A program made the position numbers and the translations under genes. Below, piece by piece: positions 1-16,147 of a DNA stretch of 64,000 nt (its first letter is position 1; each line of letters opens with the position of its first letter). A model generated the notes under the pieces. It saw only the letters and a program-made list of their open reading frames with translations. It did no database searches and was not told the DNA's origin. The DNA is from Eledone cirrhosa (Eukaryota): assembly GCA_964016885.1 (NCBI GenBank), contig OZ024740.1, positions 265,236,001 to 265,300,000 of the forward strand, read 5' to 3'.

Positions 1-530
1 TAATCACCATTTTCAGGTTGAACCAACGTTTGTTGTTGACGACTGCCTCCGTTAACGCCCGCTTAACGAATTCACTAATCAGATCACTGTAGGCTTTGCA
101 CTCCGAGAGCAACGCGTTCAATTTCCAGTAGCTGGGTCCCTGTCTATGGAACCTATCTAGATCGACTATACACAACACAAATATGTAGTCTATTATCTAT
201 AATTGTGGACAACTTGTGCTAGACCTATCTAATTCCCTACAAAATATCTAGATACGATCTGGATGATCTAATGTGGTTTGGCCATGTCCACATTGGCACA
301 TTCGGCATATCCAGTCGTCACCTTTCAGAAAGTTGGAAAAGTCTGAGCAGGTCTGCGAGGCTTTGAAACCCTTCTCCACCATCCTCTAGTCCCACACAGT
401 CCCAACATGGCTCCAAGATCCCGTTCCAATCGCCCACTAACAGTAAAGAGCGAGACGTTCCTTTGAAGGTTTCCAGATGCAGGGTATAGATGGCTACTAA
501 ATTCTAAAAGTGTGCCCTTCGCTGCTGGTC
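1..530 (-). mobile_element. L1/Tx1-like LINE fragment (AP endonuclease end and linker), degenerate, runs off window start
   Basis: Manual minus-strand translation gives LLLVGDWNG (GDxN motif), PMWTW, GPSYWKLNALLS and KRWFNLKMVI, typical of Tx1/L1 ORF2; stops present. Confidence 0.75.
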
Positions 531-569
531 ACCAGCAACAGGGGAAGTGATCTGGCTTCACATAGTCGT

Positions 570-3372
570 TACTAAGCAACTGATCACATACAGAATGTAG
601 GCGTACCTAGACACAAATAGACGAAGGAAGAGTACGCTACACTGATTGAAAGCCACGAAACGGTAAAAATGGAAGTCGTGGAGTAGGACAACGTACTGCG
701 AGCTTTTGGATGGAATAGAGCATGCTTGAGTTTTCTGAAAGTAAAGTAATGAATCAAGTGAGGAATCAAGAAGGAAGGGCTGGTTAACTGACATAAAAAT
801 ATCTCCGATTAGTGAACGCTTAAAGGAACCTGTAGATGAACAACAAGGGGAGGTTAGAGCAGAAGCTGAAGTCGTTCCCAGGTAGAAGGAAGACAGTAAA
901 ATTGGCAACAGGTTTAGTGAGATTGTGATGGGTATGTTAGGGCTGCTTAAGAAGAATGCTATCATTGAACCCTGGTATAGCTGAGGATGAGAATGATGAT
1001 GCAAGAAGAGGGATTCACTTGGATGATGAGTCGCTTGACTCACGTAGACGGCTTATAGATTTGATAAATGTCCCAGAAGAAAGAATTCTAATGAATATGA
1101 GAAGAGTAGATAGGGGGTGGCGTGATAATTGAAACCACATGCTGTCATGCTACACATGCAGAGAGAAGACATAACGCAAACGTGGAACCTAATCGGGACT
1201 TTAAAGGAATAAATGGGATTGACGAGCATTAAACAAAGTAATGTAAAAGAAAACATGATGGAAAAGACGTATTGAATATGCCATAATCCGGTTAAGGCAA
1301 GATCTAAGGAAAATTGAGCAATGGTTTAGAAGAAAGTGGAAAATGGGAAAAAGGCTGATCGAAAAGCACTAGACAAGACATAAAATACTGAAGAGTGGAT
1401 TCCATACAGTAATAGAATAGCTATAACAAAATTCTCTCAAAATAAAACAGACTATAATATATAAATAGAAATAAACATTTTTAAGGATAAAAGATTGTTC
1501 CAAAATAATACAAAACAATTCATCCGTATTTTGGAAGGAAGCAATTGGAATGTAAAGGATCCTACCCTAATGTTGATAAGGACAAGGAGTACTGGAATGG
1601 GATATGGGGAAGCAGTATGAGCCATAGAAAGGATACCAAGGGGATAGACGCCATCGAGACGGAATTGCAAGGAAGAAATATACAAAAAGATATTACCATA
1701 CAGTCGATGTGAAGGATCAAGTAGCCAAGATACCAACCTGGAAATCCTCCAGACTAGATGGAAACCATGGGTTTTGGTTGAAGAGATGCAGAGCAATACA
1801 TGAAATACTGGCAACACAATTGAATGATTCTGTCCAGAGAGATGCAGTCCCCACCTGGGTGATTACAGGCAAATCAACGTTTGTGATAAGGGGAATGATA
1901 TGGCAAACTACTGCGCTATAGCATGCCTAAACGAAATTAGGAAGGCTCTCACTGGGATAAATCTGGGGAAGACATATGCTTTCCTATCACAGAAAGGAAT
2001 ATTACGAAGGGAACAAAAAGGATGTAGGAAGAAGTCCAAGGATACAAAGGATTACTTGGTTATTGATAAGACAGTTTTGAGGCATTGCAAGAAACATCAC
2101 ACAAACATGTCTATGGCCTTGATTGACTTTGAGAAGGCATATGATATGGTGCCACATTCTTGGAGTGGTGAATGCCTGCAGAAATTTGATATTGTTGACA
2201 ACATAACAGTTTATGATAAATATTAATGCCAGAGTGGAAAAACAAATTATACCCAAGTAACGTCTTTCTGGGAGAATTAGCAATTAAAAGAGGTATCTTC
2301 CAACTAATTCTCACCGTTACTATTTGGTAACATACTGATACCAATAACACTCACCCTCCAAAAAGTAAAAATGAGCTACCAATTTGAAAATCGAGGGATA
2401 TTCATAAAGCACCTTCTAGTTATGGATGACCTGACACTGTTTGGGAAGTCTGAAAACCAAATAGACTCATTGGTTAAAATATATCAGATACGTAGCAGTG
2501 ACATCGCAATGGAATTTCGGATAACCAAATGCTCTGTACCAAACATGAAAATAGGGTAGAAAGCAGCCTGTAGTGGATTACGACTGCCATCGGGAGAGAC
2601 CGTGGAATAACCAGAACAGAGTGGCTATAAATATTTTGGGATCTTAGAACTAGATGATATTTTGCAATCAGAAATGAAAGAAAAGTTGAGAGGGATATAT
2701 TTTAAAAGATTTTAAAGTCCAGCTTCAATGTGAGGAATCTGGTCATTGATGCCTCATAAGTGTTGATCACTGTATAAGGAGTGAAAGTAGAACGCTTGCA
2801 GAATATTTGATAAATAATGACGAAGTGCTGTTGCAATGTACAGCAGAAGATATAGGTATAAATGCAGGAGAAATAGCTGGAAAGTAAGAGGTTAAAAAAG
2901 AGCAGAAGAGAAAAGAAAGGACGATCTAGGAATGAGAATGCATGGTCAGCTTGACAGAAATACACAGGTTATCAAAGATAAAACAACATAATGGACGTGC
3001 CTTAAGCAAGAGGATTTGTAACATGCCACTGAAAGCCTTATATTTGCAGCACATGACCAAGCTCGTACTACTAATTCGGTGAAATATAGCACCTATAAAA
3101 CTTTTGACATCCAGAAATGCAGGCTCTGTAGAAAGAATGTGGAAAATATGGCCCCCTTGGTAAGTGTATGTGAGAGCCTTGCACGAAAAGAATACAAGTG
3201 CTACCATGATAAAGTGTGCCTATACCTTCACTTTTATGTCGTAAATACCAAAGGTAAGACAAACAGAATTGGTATGAGTATGTGCTTTGTAAAATAATGC
3301 AGTAGGGTGGGAAAGCAACGGTATTCTGAGATTATGACTTTCAAACTGATTGAATGATTAAGCATCGCCGAC
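570..3372 (+). mobile_element. R4/Dong-like RLE-type non-LTR retrotransposon, degenerate
   Basis: ORF pieces: GFWLKR, EQKGCRKKSKDTKDYLVIDK, IDFEKAYDMVPHSW, RGIFQ, HLLVMDDL (YMDD-like), CRLC..C..YHDKV zinc knuckle, and YDFQTD..IKHRR at the RLE start. Many stops and frameshifts; 5' boundary approximate. Confidence 0.85.
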
Positions 3373-3376
3373 TGAA

Positions 3377-3460
3377 GGCGCATGGCTTAGTGGTTAGAGC
3401 ATTGGGCTTGCAATCGAAGAATTGTGAGTTCAATTCTCGGACCGGGTGATGTGTTGTTTC
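3377..3460 (+). mobile_element. tRNA-derived SINE head
   Basis: A box TGGCTTAGTGG and B box GAGTTCAATTC; 3422-3460 matches the SINE at 39452-39490. Confidence 0.75.
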
Positions 3461-5424
3461 GGGGCTTTAACGTCAATCTCATTGAAATCACTAATCTTCT
3501 TATAGCGGTTGCGAATACCATACAGGCTGGGTGTCATACAAAAGGTGGCTTTTCTAGGTACTGCGCACAGTTTAAGGAAAGTACTATGTGCCGCCTGATG
3601 TCCTTGTGGCGACATTACTGATGACTAACTACCCCGGTGCATTATCCATCTGCACTGCGTGACAGAGTGATAATGAATATGGTAATATAATATTAAGTTT
3701 AATGATGATAATAATAATGATAATATTTCATACAAGTTGATTATAATACTGAATGTTACATCAACGACAAAGGTATTAGTTACCCAAGAAGGAAAGAAAG
3801 GAGGGGGACCAGAGATTTTCGTATTAGTGTTTTAATACTGTGTTGATACACTATTGTAGTTTATATTGATATTGATGATGATTTAAAACAACGAAGTTTT
3901 ACTGAATTCTTCAGATATTTATAAGTTAATGTAAACATAAAAAAAAAAAGAATCGTCAAAGTTACCACAACGGAATGCAAGTAGAAGAATAGAATCACTA
4001 TCAAAGATTATAATCATGTTATATGTGACAAAGCTTGCATCTTGATAAATGTTTCTATAGATGACACAAAACTTACAAATTTCATTCAGGAACTTTTCAT
4101 ATTTTAAATAACAAAATTATTATGTTCATACCAAGACAAAACCGTATTAAAACTAAGTAAAAATGAAATGAAAAAGGAAATGTATTGAACAAATACTCCA
4201 AATAAACAAACAGGAAATTGTGAAAGAAAAAAGAAATCCGAAGAAAGAAGTGAGAAATATAGATAGAAATAGCAAAGATATAAGAAAGGAAAGATAGAAA
4301 GGAAGTATACGAAGAGAAATGATAAAAACAATGCTGGAAATAAATGGAGAATTCTTTTTTAATGAGTCGATAGAATTAGACGAATTTTCGATAAATGATA
4401 TGAGAAACTCGAAAATAAAATATAAATCAGAAATCCACTTATGGATATTTATATATTTACTTGTGATTTAATTTTTACTATTATTTTAAATTTCATAATC
4501 TGTTAAGATATCTTTAACAGGATGTAACATTTTAGTAAGGAAAACATTTTTGTTCAGATCTTACTGACTGACAAATTATAAGCACCGGTTGTATATGGCT
4601 GTAAAAGTGTGAGAATTTCTCTGAAAACATCTTAGAGATTTAGCAGTTCCAATAAAGAAAGAATACTATCCAATATATATAGAAAACGGAAGAAAAATCA
4701 AAGAAGGAAATTTAAATATTCCTTCGGGATAAGAAGATACTGAGTTTAAATAAAATCTTCGTACAACTGCGATTAACGATACATATATAAATATGCACAT
4801 GCGCATAAGGAAAAACAGTGGGGACGAAAACGTACGCTATATCTATGAAATTAATACTGTATATGTGTGTATATAATCGATGTATACACACACACATATT
4901 GACGAGGTTATAATAAATATATTCGCTATAACTTGCTCACAATTACTCGCTCAATGAGATAAGGTTTGAATGTATGACCGAGCGAACGTGCCTCGGTGTA
5001 CTAACACACTGTATATTCGTAATGTGGTAGTAACACGATATATTAATATGTAGTTATGCACACATAGGAATGTAATTGTCCCAATGTAAATGATTACAAC
5101 AACAGCTGATCATTGCAAGTAATAAATGAGTTAGACGGGTAAAACAACACCGAAGAGGCAAAGATAGGGACAGAGGCACATGCAAGGACGCGAACGCTGT
5201 ATCATGGGTCGTTTAGGAGATAATCAAGCCTGTAGTTAAAAGAGTAAAAAGCCGGTTGACTTAAACATTGGTGAAATTTGAAATGTAGTTGTCAAATTGT
5301 CTCGATGTGAATAATTATTAAATAAACTGCTGATCACTATATATAATAGTTGAACAAATCTAATAGTCATTCATATTGGTATGATTACTTTTGAAATTTA
5401 AACTGTCTAAAATTTAGCAGGATA

Positions 5425-5467
<43 letters not shown>

Positions 5468-5470
5468 GTT

Positions 5471-5503
<33 letters not shown>

Positions 5504-5576
5504 GTATATATATATATATGTATATATGTATATATATATATGTATATGTAGATTTGTATATATATATATATATATA

Positions 5577-5623
<47 letters not shown>

Positions 5624-5877
5624 TAGTTTTGCGAGGTTTTTTATATGAAATCGTGTGTCGAAACAGATATTGTTATATTTGGGGAGGGTCATATTTGCGT
5701 AATATTGCCAGAATTAATAACAGAACACACTCACTGTTTGGTTGGTTTTCGCTTCTCGCTGTCTTTTATATATATATATCTGCGATCTAACTTACTCGGT
5801 CCTCAATGTTGCCATTGACTGACCGGCGGTCAAAAATAATACAGATACAATATAGACAAACACATATATATATAGTT

Positions 5878-5919
5878 TACATAAATCTTTCGTTGCACAT
5901 CTGCAACATCGTCAGTGGT
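5878..5919 (-). ncRNA. Type-I hammerhead motif, family A (mirror of 6602-6643)
   Basis: CTGACGA-T-GTTGCA-gatg-TGCAAC-GAAA; stem I weak. Confidence 0.6.
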
Positions 5920-6601
5920 GTTATATTCATTGTTCCTCCTGTTGTGTTGTATGTCTACGCCATTTTTTTTGTTCAGTCTGTCTATATATTTATTTATTTA
6001 TTTATTTGCTTGTTTGTTTATCTTATTTTATTTTGTCTTCTTTGCGCATGCGTTTGCGTGTGTGTATAGTGTTATGTGTGATGTGTGACTAGTGTGTATA
6101 GTGTTGTGTCTGCTGGGTGACTAGTGTGTGTTTATGTGCTTGTGTATGTATTTATTTATCTTATTTTATTTAATTTAATTTACTTATTTATTTATACTTC
6201 TCTTAGGTCAGTGTTGTTTGTTTGGGTGTTGTTGTTGTTCCACTCATTCTTTCTGTTTAGCTAAACAGAAAGAATGAGTGGAACAACAACAACACCCAAA
6301 CAAACAACACTGACCTAAGAGAAGTATAAATAAATAAGTAAATTAAATAAAATAAAATAAGATAAATAAATACATACACAAGCACATAAACACACACTAG
6401 TCACCCAGCAGACACAACACTATACACACTAGTCACACATCACACATAACACTATACACACACGCAAACGCATGCGCAAAGAAGACAAAATAAAATAAGA
6501 TAAACAAACAAGCAAATAAATAAATAAATAAATATATAGACAGACTGAACAAAAAAAATGGCGTAGATATACAACACAACAGGAGGAACAATGAATATAA
6601 C

Positions 6602-6643
6602 ACCACTGACGATGTTGCAGATGTGCAACGAAAGATTTATGTA
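6602..6643 (+). ncRNA. Type-I hammerhead motif, family A
   Basis: CTGACGA 6606-6612, 6-bp stem II GTTGCA/TGCAAC, GAAA 6630-6633; stems I and III decayed. Confidence 0.6.
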
Positions 6644-6846
6644 AACTATATATATATGTGTTTGTCTATATTGTATCTGTATTATTTTTGACCGCCGGTC
6701 AGTCAATGGCAACATTGAGGACCGAGTAAGTTAGATCGCAGATATATATATATAAAAGACAGCGAGAAGCGAAAACCAACCAAACAGTGAGTGTGTTCTG
6801 TTATTAATTCTGGCAATATTACGCAAATATGACCCTCCCCAAATAT

Positions 6847-7367
<521 letters not shown>

Positions 7368-7477
7368 TGGTAAACGGAAAAGAAAATGCTGACAAATTGT
7401 TCACAGTGAAAAGTAGTTTAATTAGGAATAAGTGAAAATTAGTAATAGTATTGGTTAGTATTAAGTTTTGGTTTTAA

Positions 7478-7515
7478 GTTTTACCGGTTGCGCATTTCTA
7501 ATGCTTTTCAAAAAT
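7478..7515 (-). ncRNA. Hammerhead-like motif with U3-A8 core (family G), degenerate
   Basis: TTGAAAA-GCAT-tagaa-ATGC-GCAA-CCGGTA; GAAA is mutated to GCAA. Confidence 0.4.
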
Positions 7516-8590
7516 AATTTTGAGATAGAGCGCCCGTGATGTTTGCTCTAATCTGATTAGTTTTGGGAATCTATCTGTTTTTATGTAAAAAAAGTGGCTT
7601 CAGATGTATTAAAATAAGTTTCGCCCCAATTCGTGTTGCAAAAATTCTTGTGGTCAAAACAATTTTGATTGGTCGGTAGAGGTCATGTGAATGTTAAAAA
7701 TTGATTTTGCGCCAGATGTGTCGGCTGATTGAGAAGTCTCTGATAAATAAGTCTTTCAAAACAAATATGTGTGTGTGTGTAGTAGTAGTAAAGAGGTTCG
7801 TTTTTGTGATAATGGTCAGCAGGGATGTGTGTGCGAACCGCAGCCTGTTGACAGTTCAAATGCCTATTAAGACAAGTGCGTGTGTGTGTAGCAGAGTAAT
7901 TCGTGGTAGAGGGATGGTCAGTAGGAATGTGTCTGTAAGTGTGTGGGGGATATTTTAACATGTTAAAAGATATTTTTCAGCTCTTGTCTTATACGGAGAC
8001 GTGTGTGGGTGTATGTGTGTGTATGTCTCTTTGTATGTTAATGTACGCGTATGTATGTGTGTGTGTTACATGTGTGTGTGTGTGTGTATATATGTGTGTG
8101 TGTGTGTGAGAATGTGTGTATGTGTGCGTGGGTGGACCAGTATTTTTGTGATACTGGTAAAATGGTGTACATTATTCGATATTTTCAGTAAAAACGATTC
8201 TCTCAATAGAACATCAAAAGCCTTAATAATAAAAGGTGTCAAATGATATATAGTATTGGCATAATACCAAGGTGTGTGTGAGTGTCCAGATTGTACGTAC
8301 TGCATGGGGAATCCATTAGGCCTTGGCGTATTGGAATACTTGTGTACAAATATGTATGTGCCCATCAGTGTGCAATGCATGTGTGCGTTTATGTATGTGT
8401 GTGTGTCGGCACGTTTATATCTATAGACATCAAAAGGTATGGAAATTTGTGTATATTTGTGTTGCACCATAGAACATGTGTATTTACGTATGTCATTGTG
8501 TTTATCTGTGGATAGAGATGTATGCTGATGTAGGTATGTATCTTGACGTGTTGGGTTCGTCTTAGGGAGATATATATATATATGTATATT

Positions 8591-8753
<163 letters not shown>

Positions 8754-8790
8754 ATTGGAAAATGTGTGTAATCCTTGGTACAGTTAGGTA

Positions 8791-9544
8791 TATTAAGAGA
8801 GGGGGGAAGAAAAATGGCTTTACTTGTGCTTTCAACAAATTTATTTTCTTCACAAAATCCAAAAAGAATTTTTCTTAAAAAAATTATTTTATAAATTAAG
8901 TTGTTGGTTGTTGGTTAGGTCTTAGGAGTTCTTGGTTAACGTAGGAGGTATTGTTTCGTTTTTAGAAAGACCTTTCACGCTGAGGTGCGCTTGTCAAACT
9001 GATGTGTATGTGGTGTGTTGTTCTATATATAGGGATTTAACATGTCTGTGGTGTGGTGAGGGTTTCTTTTCTCCCCCTTTAATAAGTGCATGGGTGTAGG
9101 TGTGTTGAAAAAGTGTTCATAGCAGTAATGAGTTGAGACGGTGAGTAGGGTTGGGTGGGCAGAAATGTAGCAACTGCGGCCTGCCCCAGTCATTCTCGAA
9201 GAATTCCTTTATTCAGGGGAAAAAGCTTTTAGCATTGCTTTTGTGTTGAGAATGGTCACAGGCAAATCGCACCTGTCAAGTTTGTGAATAATTATTTTTT
9301 TCTTTTTTTCCTGAAGAAGTTTTCTACGTCCATCCCAAAGTTAGTCCTTTGTTCAACACACACATATGTGCGCATATACGTACATACACACACGGGCATA
9401 TGTAGGTATATATAGGCACACACCATCAATCACACACCCATGCACAAATACATCCACATACATACACAAAAACATATAGAGACACATATAAAAACACACA
9501 TACACATACGTACACACACGAATATGTACTCATACCTCCACATG

Positions 9545-9592
<48 letters not shown>

Positions 9593-9609
9593 TATACATA
9601 TACACACAC

Positions 9610-9650
<41 letters not shown>

Positions 9651-10000
9651 CATACATATACACATACACACACATACACACACACATATATATATACACA
9701 CACATTATTAAAGGGGGAGAAAAGAAACCCCCACCACACCACAGACATGTTAAATCCCTATATATAGAACAACACACCACATACACATCAGTTTGACAAG
9801 CGCACCTCAGCGTGAAAGGTCTTTCTAAAAACGAAACAATACCTCCTACGTTAACCAAGAACTCCTAAGACCTAACCAACAACCAACAACTTAATTTATA
9901 AAATAATTTTTTTAAGAAAAATTCTTTTTGGATTTTGTGAAGAAAATAAATTTGTTGAAAGCACAAGTAAAGCCATTTTTTCTTCCCCCCTGTCTTAATA
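8791..10000. repeat. About 295-bp inverted repeat (8791-9084 / 9705-10000), probable PLE terminal-repeat inversion
   Basis: Arms near-identical with (TA)n flanks; contains TTGACAA-GCGC-acctca-GCGT-GAAA at 9793-9817. Confidence 0.8.
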
Positions 10001-10012
10001 TATATATATATG

Positions 10013-10195
10013 TAGGAACGAGTAGGACCCCGACGGCTGAGCTCAAGCCGTTTCGACGGCTAATCCAGAATTAGCCGTCGAAACGGCTTGAGCTCAGCAG
10101 TCCTACTCGTTCCTATTACCCACTCTACTACACTAAGCATTGAGTGATTTGGTGCGGTATGGTCAACCTGGTTCCTTACCACGTTTCCTTCCTTA
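10013..10195 (+). mobile_element. Terminal-repeat fragment (family H) with a hairpin at about 10013-10115
   Basis: Homologous to 15068-15275, 39218-39321, 40688-40980 and 48470-48605. Confidence 0.75.
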
Positions 10196-10213
10196 TATAT
10201 ATATATGTATATA

Positions 10214-10306
<93 letters not shown>

Positions 10307-10378
10307 TATTATTAAACTCTGTTGCTTACATAGAGCACTCTTTTTTCGTGGACTTTTCCGACGGAATTACTTCATTCA

Positions 10379-10526
10379 CACATATATATATGTATATATA
10401 TATATGTATATATATATATACATATATATATGTATATATATATATATGTATATATATGTATATATATACATATGTATATATATGTATATATATACATATG
10501 TATATATATGTATATATATGCATATG

Positions 10527-10572
<46 letters not shown>

Positions 10573-10816
10573 AATATATATGTATATATATATACAAATA
10601 TATATGTATATATATATATATACATATATATATATGTATATATATACATATATATACATATACATATATATACATATATATATATATAGACATATATATA
10701 TATAGACATATATATATACATGTATATATATACGTATGTATATATATGTATATATATACATATGTATATATATGTATATATATACATATGTATATATATG
10801 TATATATATGCATATG

Positions 10817-10866
<50 letters not shown>

Positions 10867-11026
10867 AATATATATGTATATATATATACATATATATATG
10901 TACATATATATATACATATATATATATATGTATATATATACATATATATACATATACATATATATACATATATATATATAGACATATATATATATATATA
11001 CATGTATATATATACATATATATATG

Positions 11027-11085
<59 letters not shown>

Positions 11086-11225
11086 CTATACATATATAGC
11101 TATATATATATATATGTATATATATACATATATATGTACATATATACATATATACACATATATATATACATATACATATATATATATATATACATATATA
11201 TATACATATACATATATATATACAA

Positions 11226-11272
<47 letters not shown>

Positions 11273-11439
11273 TATATGTATATATATACATATATATATG
11301 TATATATATACATATATATGTATATATATATATATATATGTACATATATATATACATATATATATATATACATATATATATACATATACATATATATATA
11401 TATATATATACATATATACATATACATATATATATTTAC

Positions 11440-11470
<31 letters not shown>

Positions 11471-11768
11471 CATATATATACATATATATATACATATATA
11501 TATACATATACATATATATACATATATATATATATATTCATATATATACATATATATATGTATATATATACACATATATATATGTATATATATATATGTA
11601 TATACATGTATATATATATGTATATATATGTATATATATATATATGTATATATATGTATATATATATATATATATGTATATATATGTATATGTATATATA
11701 TATATATGTATATATATGTATATATATATATATATATGTATATATATGTATATGTATATATATATATA
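10379..11768. repeat. About 1.4-kb degenerate (TA)n/(TACA) microsatellite
   Basis: Direct reading; source of the spurious IY-repeat ORFs. Confidence 0.95.
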
Positions 11769-11955
11769 ATTGTTTCTACTTTAGGCACAAGGCCAGCAAT
11801 TACCCAGTGCATTACTGGTACTTTATTTTATCGACCCCGTAAGGATGAAAGGCAAAGTCAACCTCGACGGGATTTGAACTCAGATCGCAAAGGGACATAA
11901 CTATGCTGGAAAGCATGGCGTCCGACCCTCTACCGTTACTGCCAATCCACCGCCT
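11769..11955 (-). mobile_element. tRNA-derived SINE
   Basis: Minus strand shows A-box-like TGGCAGTAACGG, B box GAGTTCAAATCCC and central GACTTTGCCTTTCATCCTTACGGGGTCGATAAAATAAAGTACCAG; copies at 59889-60066 and 63444-63591. Confidence 0.85.
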
Positions 11956-12582
11956 TTTATACATATATATATAATGCGAATAAATAAGGAAAATATGTTT
12001 ATTCAAAAATATAGACCAACATTAAATATGGTTTAATATACATTATGTCAACACCATAATATGACATACACACACACACATAACACCTTCTACTTTAGGA
12101 AATAAAAACCCGAACTAAATAAACCTTAACATACGTTTGCACTGACAATACAACAGCAAATACGAATAAGTAAGGAAAATATGTTCATTCAAAAATATTC
12201 CTACTAAAGGAATCACTTTCCTACACACACACATACACACACACATAATATATATATATATATATACATTCTCTTCATCTTAACATGCTAACCATACTCC
12301 CACACACATAAAACCCATACACACACATAACAACCCCGACACCCACAACTCCCTCCCCATTTCTACTAATAGAACCACTTTCCTACACACATATATATAC
12401 ACACACACAAAATTTATATTCTCTCCATCTTAACATACTCGCACACACACACATAACACCCATATACACACACACACACAACTCCCTCCCCCATTTCTAC
12501 TAATAGAATCATCTTCCAATACACACATACACACACACACACATACACACACACAAGCACACAAATAATCATACATATCTTC

Positions 12583-12871
12583 ACTTCAATAGAAAATCTG
12601 AACTCTGACACCCAGCGAACTAAACCATATTCACTGAACCAGAACAATTCTCCCAATCCCATTTCTCTTGACCACTATCTTTCCATTGTCATAACATTCG
12701 CTATAAAGGCTACAGAATAATTTTCCAAATAAGGGCGCAAAAATGTAATGAAAACTTTTTCACGTGACAGCCAAATTTCATTTATAACCAATCAAATCAC
12801 GTTTATTAAAAAAAAAGCCTTCGTGAGCCACCTTTTTTTAAAGTAAAGAAATTCAAACACACACACACACA

Positions 12872-12906
<35 letters not shown>

Positions 12907-13195
12907 AATAAACATACATATCTTTACTTTCTTTATTCAATAGAAAATCTGATTACTGACACCCCAGCGAACTAACCATATTCACTGAACCAGAACAATT
13001 CTCCCATCCCTTTCTCCTGACCATTATCTTTCACTTATCAACAAATTCTCTAAAAAGGCTACAGAATGGATTTCCAAAGAAGGGCACAAAAATTTAATGA
13101 AAACTTGTTCACGTGACAGCCATAATTTCATTTATAACCAACCAAAAAAAAGCCTTCGTGAGCCTCCTTTTTTCAAGTAAAAAGAAATTCAAACA
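12583..13195. repeat. Tandem duplication of an approximately 270-bp unit (12583-12860 / 12937-13195)
   Basis: Shared TCAATAGAAAATCTG...AGCCTTCGTGAGCC...GAAATTCAAACAC; weakly related in inverse orientation to 7550-7850. Confidence 0.75.
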
Positions 13196-13377
13196 CTCAT
13201 ATATGAAAAAACAACTTGTGACACCCCCCCCCCTCTTATTTGGAGAACTATTGTAACGCGAACTGGCGCGAAATTTATTATAATTATTGACAAACCAATC
13301 AAATTACTTGTCGAAAACCCTGGCATTTCGAGCCACTTTTTCCATATAAAACAAGTAACATTCAGAGACCAACCAGA

Positions 13378-13581
13378 TGTGAGAAAAACCACAGACCCTC
13401 CATCTCAACTCACCTTTCGTAAAGCAGAAGAACTGCGAAACCGGTAAAGGAACCAAATAAATATATATATTTAAAAAAAAAATAAGACTCCAGTTGCATT
13501 TTCGATTTCATCTCTTTTTCTTTATACTTTCACTCGTGTAGGACTCCTCGGTTATTTTTCATTTTGTAAAAAAAACCTCAC

Positions 13582-13590
<9 letters not shown>
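13378..13590 (+). mobile_element. Short terminal-repeat-like element (family G) with a hammerhead-like motif at 13413-13450
   Basis: Inverse copy at 57738-57945; CCTT-tcgtaaa-GCAG-aagaa-CTGC-GAAACCGGTA-AAGG; ends in (TA)n. Confidence 0.6.
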
Positions 13591-13611
<21 letters not shown>

Positions 13612-13619
<8 letters not shown>

Positions 13620-14378
13620 AGATCAAAAGATGGTTAAAAGAGTTCGAAGTATTTTATTATGCGCATTTCAAAAACAAATATCATCATGGGATGATATCTG
13701 TGTTCTCCTCAGATAAAATAGGGATACTTGATATGAAGCTTAACATACACTTGTGAATAGTGAAGTTTTATATCAACATATGAAAAATAAATTAAGATTA
13801 ATGTATGAGAATGGGAAACAGTTAGGGGGGTGTGGAAAAGGTAAGGAAGAGGAAGAGATGAGAGAAAAGAATAGTGGGGGAGGAGTATACGAAGGAAGGA
13901 TGGAGAGGAGCAGAGATGGGTGATAGAGAGAGAGATAGCCTTTACTACTGAGAAAAAAAATATATATTGTCTCACAGAGAGAAATTAAAAAGCCGTTGGG
14001 ACATAATAGATAATTTAAAAAGAATTTGAAATTAAAAGTTAAGGAGGTTTATGCATGAAGAAAAAGGAATTAAGAATAATATTAAATTAAGGTTTGTATA
14101 TTGAAGGGTTTAATAATATGTGCGAGGAAAAGAAATTATTAATATGTATTATTAAAATTAAAATATTAATGTTATTAAGGATGGAGAAGAATGAATGAGT
14201 TATGAATTTATCATCCCATGATGATATTTGTTTTTGGAATGCGCATAATAAAATACTTGGAACTCTTTTAACAATCTTTTGATCTTATATTATTTATACT
14301 CCAGTCCCACAAACTGTAGAGTGCTACTTATCCGATATTTGCATTGCTTTATAGTGCTACAATAAAACTCACCTCCTA
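13612..14378. mobile_element. Repeat with internal inversion (13612-13695 / 14210-14292), probably PLE-derived
   Basis: Second copy at 52794-53092; shares AAACTGTAGAGTGCT with the leader of the Hydra-like PLE (56922-56936). Confidence 0.55.
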
Positions 14379-14466
14379 TATGTATATATTTATTAAAATA
14401 ACAGATTAAAGTTTAATATTTTAGTCTTCAAATTTATTATTATTACTATATATGTATATATATATA

Positions 14467-14952
14467 TGTAGCGACGTGGTTAGTCAGTCTGGTCACTACT
14501 TCTGATCAGATACGAGAATAGCCCTTAGAAGGACTGTTATCGCATACGGTCTGATCAGATCTGAAGATAGCCCTTAAAAGAATTGTTGTCACTGGTGAGG
14601 ATGGACAGACGAAAGCACATGTTGAAAAGGACGAAGCAAGGCGAGATGTAAATTCGATCAGCTATTTATTTTCACATGAAGCAATGATACGAGGTACAAG
14701 GCGTGTGTGAGTGACAACGCGTGGCAGAGTAAAGGAACGACGATACGCTAACTGACTCTGCCAAAAGTCGACTGGCGAAAGTGTTCGGGATCACTCTATT
14801 TATACAGAAATAATCGTTTGATGTTTAGACGCTGTGTAGGCGTTTATTCTGGTGGTTTCTAAGGGCTGTTTGTTTTGTTTCACGTTGAGGTTGCTAGCTA
14901 GCAGATAGATAGCGCTGTATATTTTACAGATGTTATTTCCGGTAGCTGTACA
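14467..14952 (-). mobile_element. Probable solo LTR
   Basis: TGTA...TACA termini inside (TA)n; minus strand has TATAAATA near 14800 upstream of AATAAA near 14667; 486 bp. Confidence 0.6.
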
Positions 14953-14995
14953 TATATATATACATATATATACATATACATAGATATACATACAG

Positions 14996-15067
<72 letters not shown>

Positions 15068-15072
<5 letters not shown>

Positions 15073-15275
15073 AACAAGTAAGACCCCGACGGCTGAGCTC
15101 AAGCCGTTTCGACGGCTAATTTTGGACTGAATTCAGTCCAGAATTAGCCGTCGAAACGGCTTGAGCTAAGCCGTCGGGGTCTTACTTGTTCCTATTACCC
15201 ACTCTACTACCCTAAGTATTGAGTACTTTGGTGCGTTATGGTCCACCTGGTTCCTTACCACTTTTCCTTCGTTAT
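15068..15275 (+). mobile_element. Family H terminal fragment: 128-bp palindrome (15068-15195) plus tail
   Basis: Centred on GAATTC at 15129-15134; few mismatches. Confidence 0.85.
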
Positions 15276-15345
15276 ATATATATATATATAAATATATATA
15301 CATATATATATACATATATATATATGTATATATACATATATGTAC

Positions 15346-15422
<77 letters not shown>

Positions 15423-15423
15423 C

Positions 15424-15454
<31 letters not shown>

Positions 15455-15467
15455 CATATATATATAC

Positions 15468-15577
<110 letters not shown>

Positions 15578-15586
15578 GACGGCGAT

Positions 15587-15996
<410 letters not shown>

Positions 15997-16090
15997 AAGA
16001 TATACATATATACAAACTAAACAAAGTCACAGATATATATGTGGCAACCAATCACGATGTGAATCAAATGATTCTATGGACATACTTTTG

Positions 16091-16147
<57 letters not shown>

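Noticed and set aside
3377-3450. tRNA gene
   Set aside because: A and B boxes present but no full cloverleaf; continues into SINE body sequence.
13650-13690. Minus-strand ATGATGA...GAAATGCGCATA hammerhead-like string (also near 14220 and 52930)
   Set aside because: C3 absent; stems I and II do not form.
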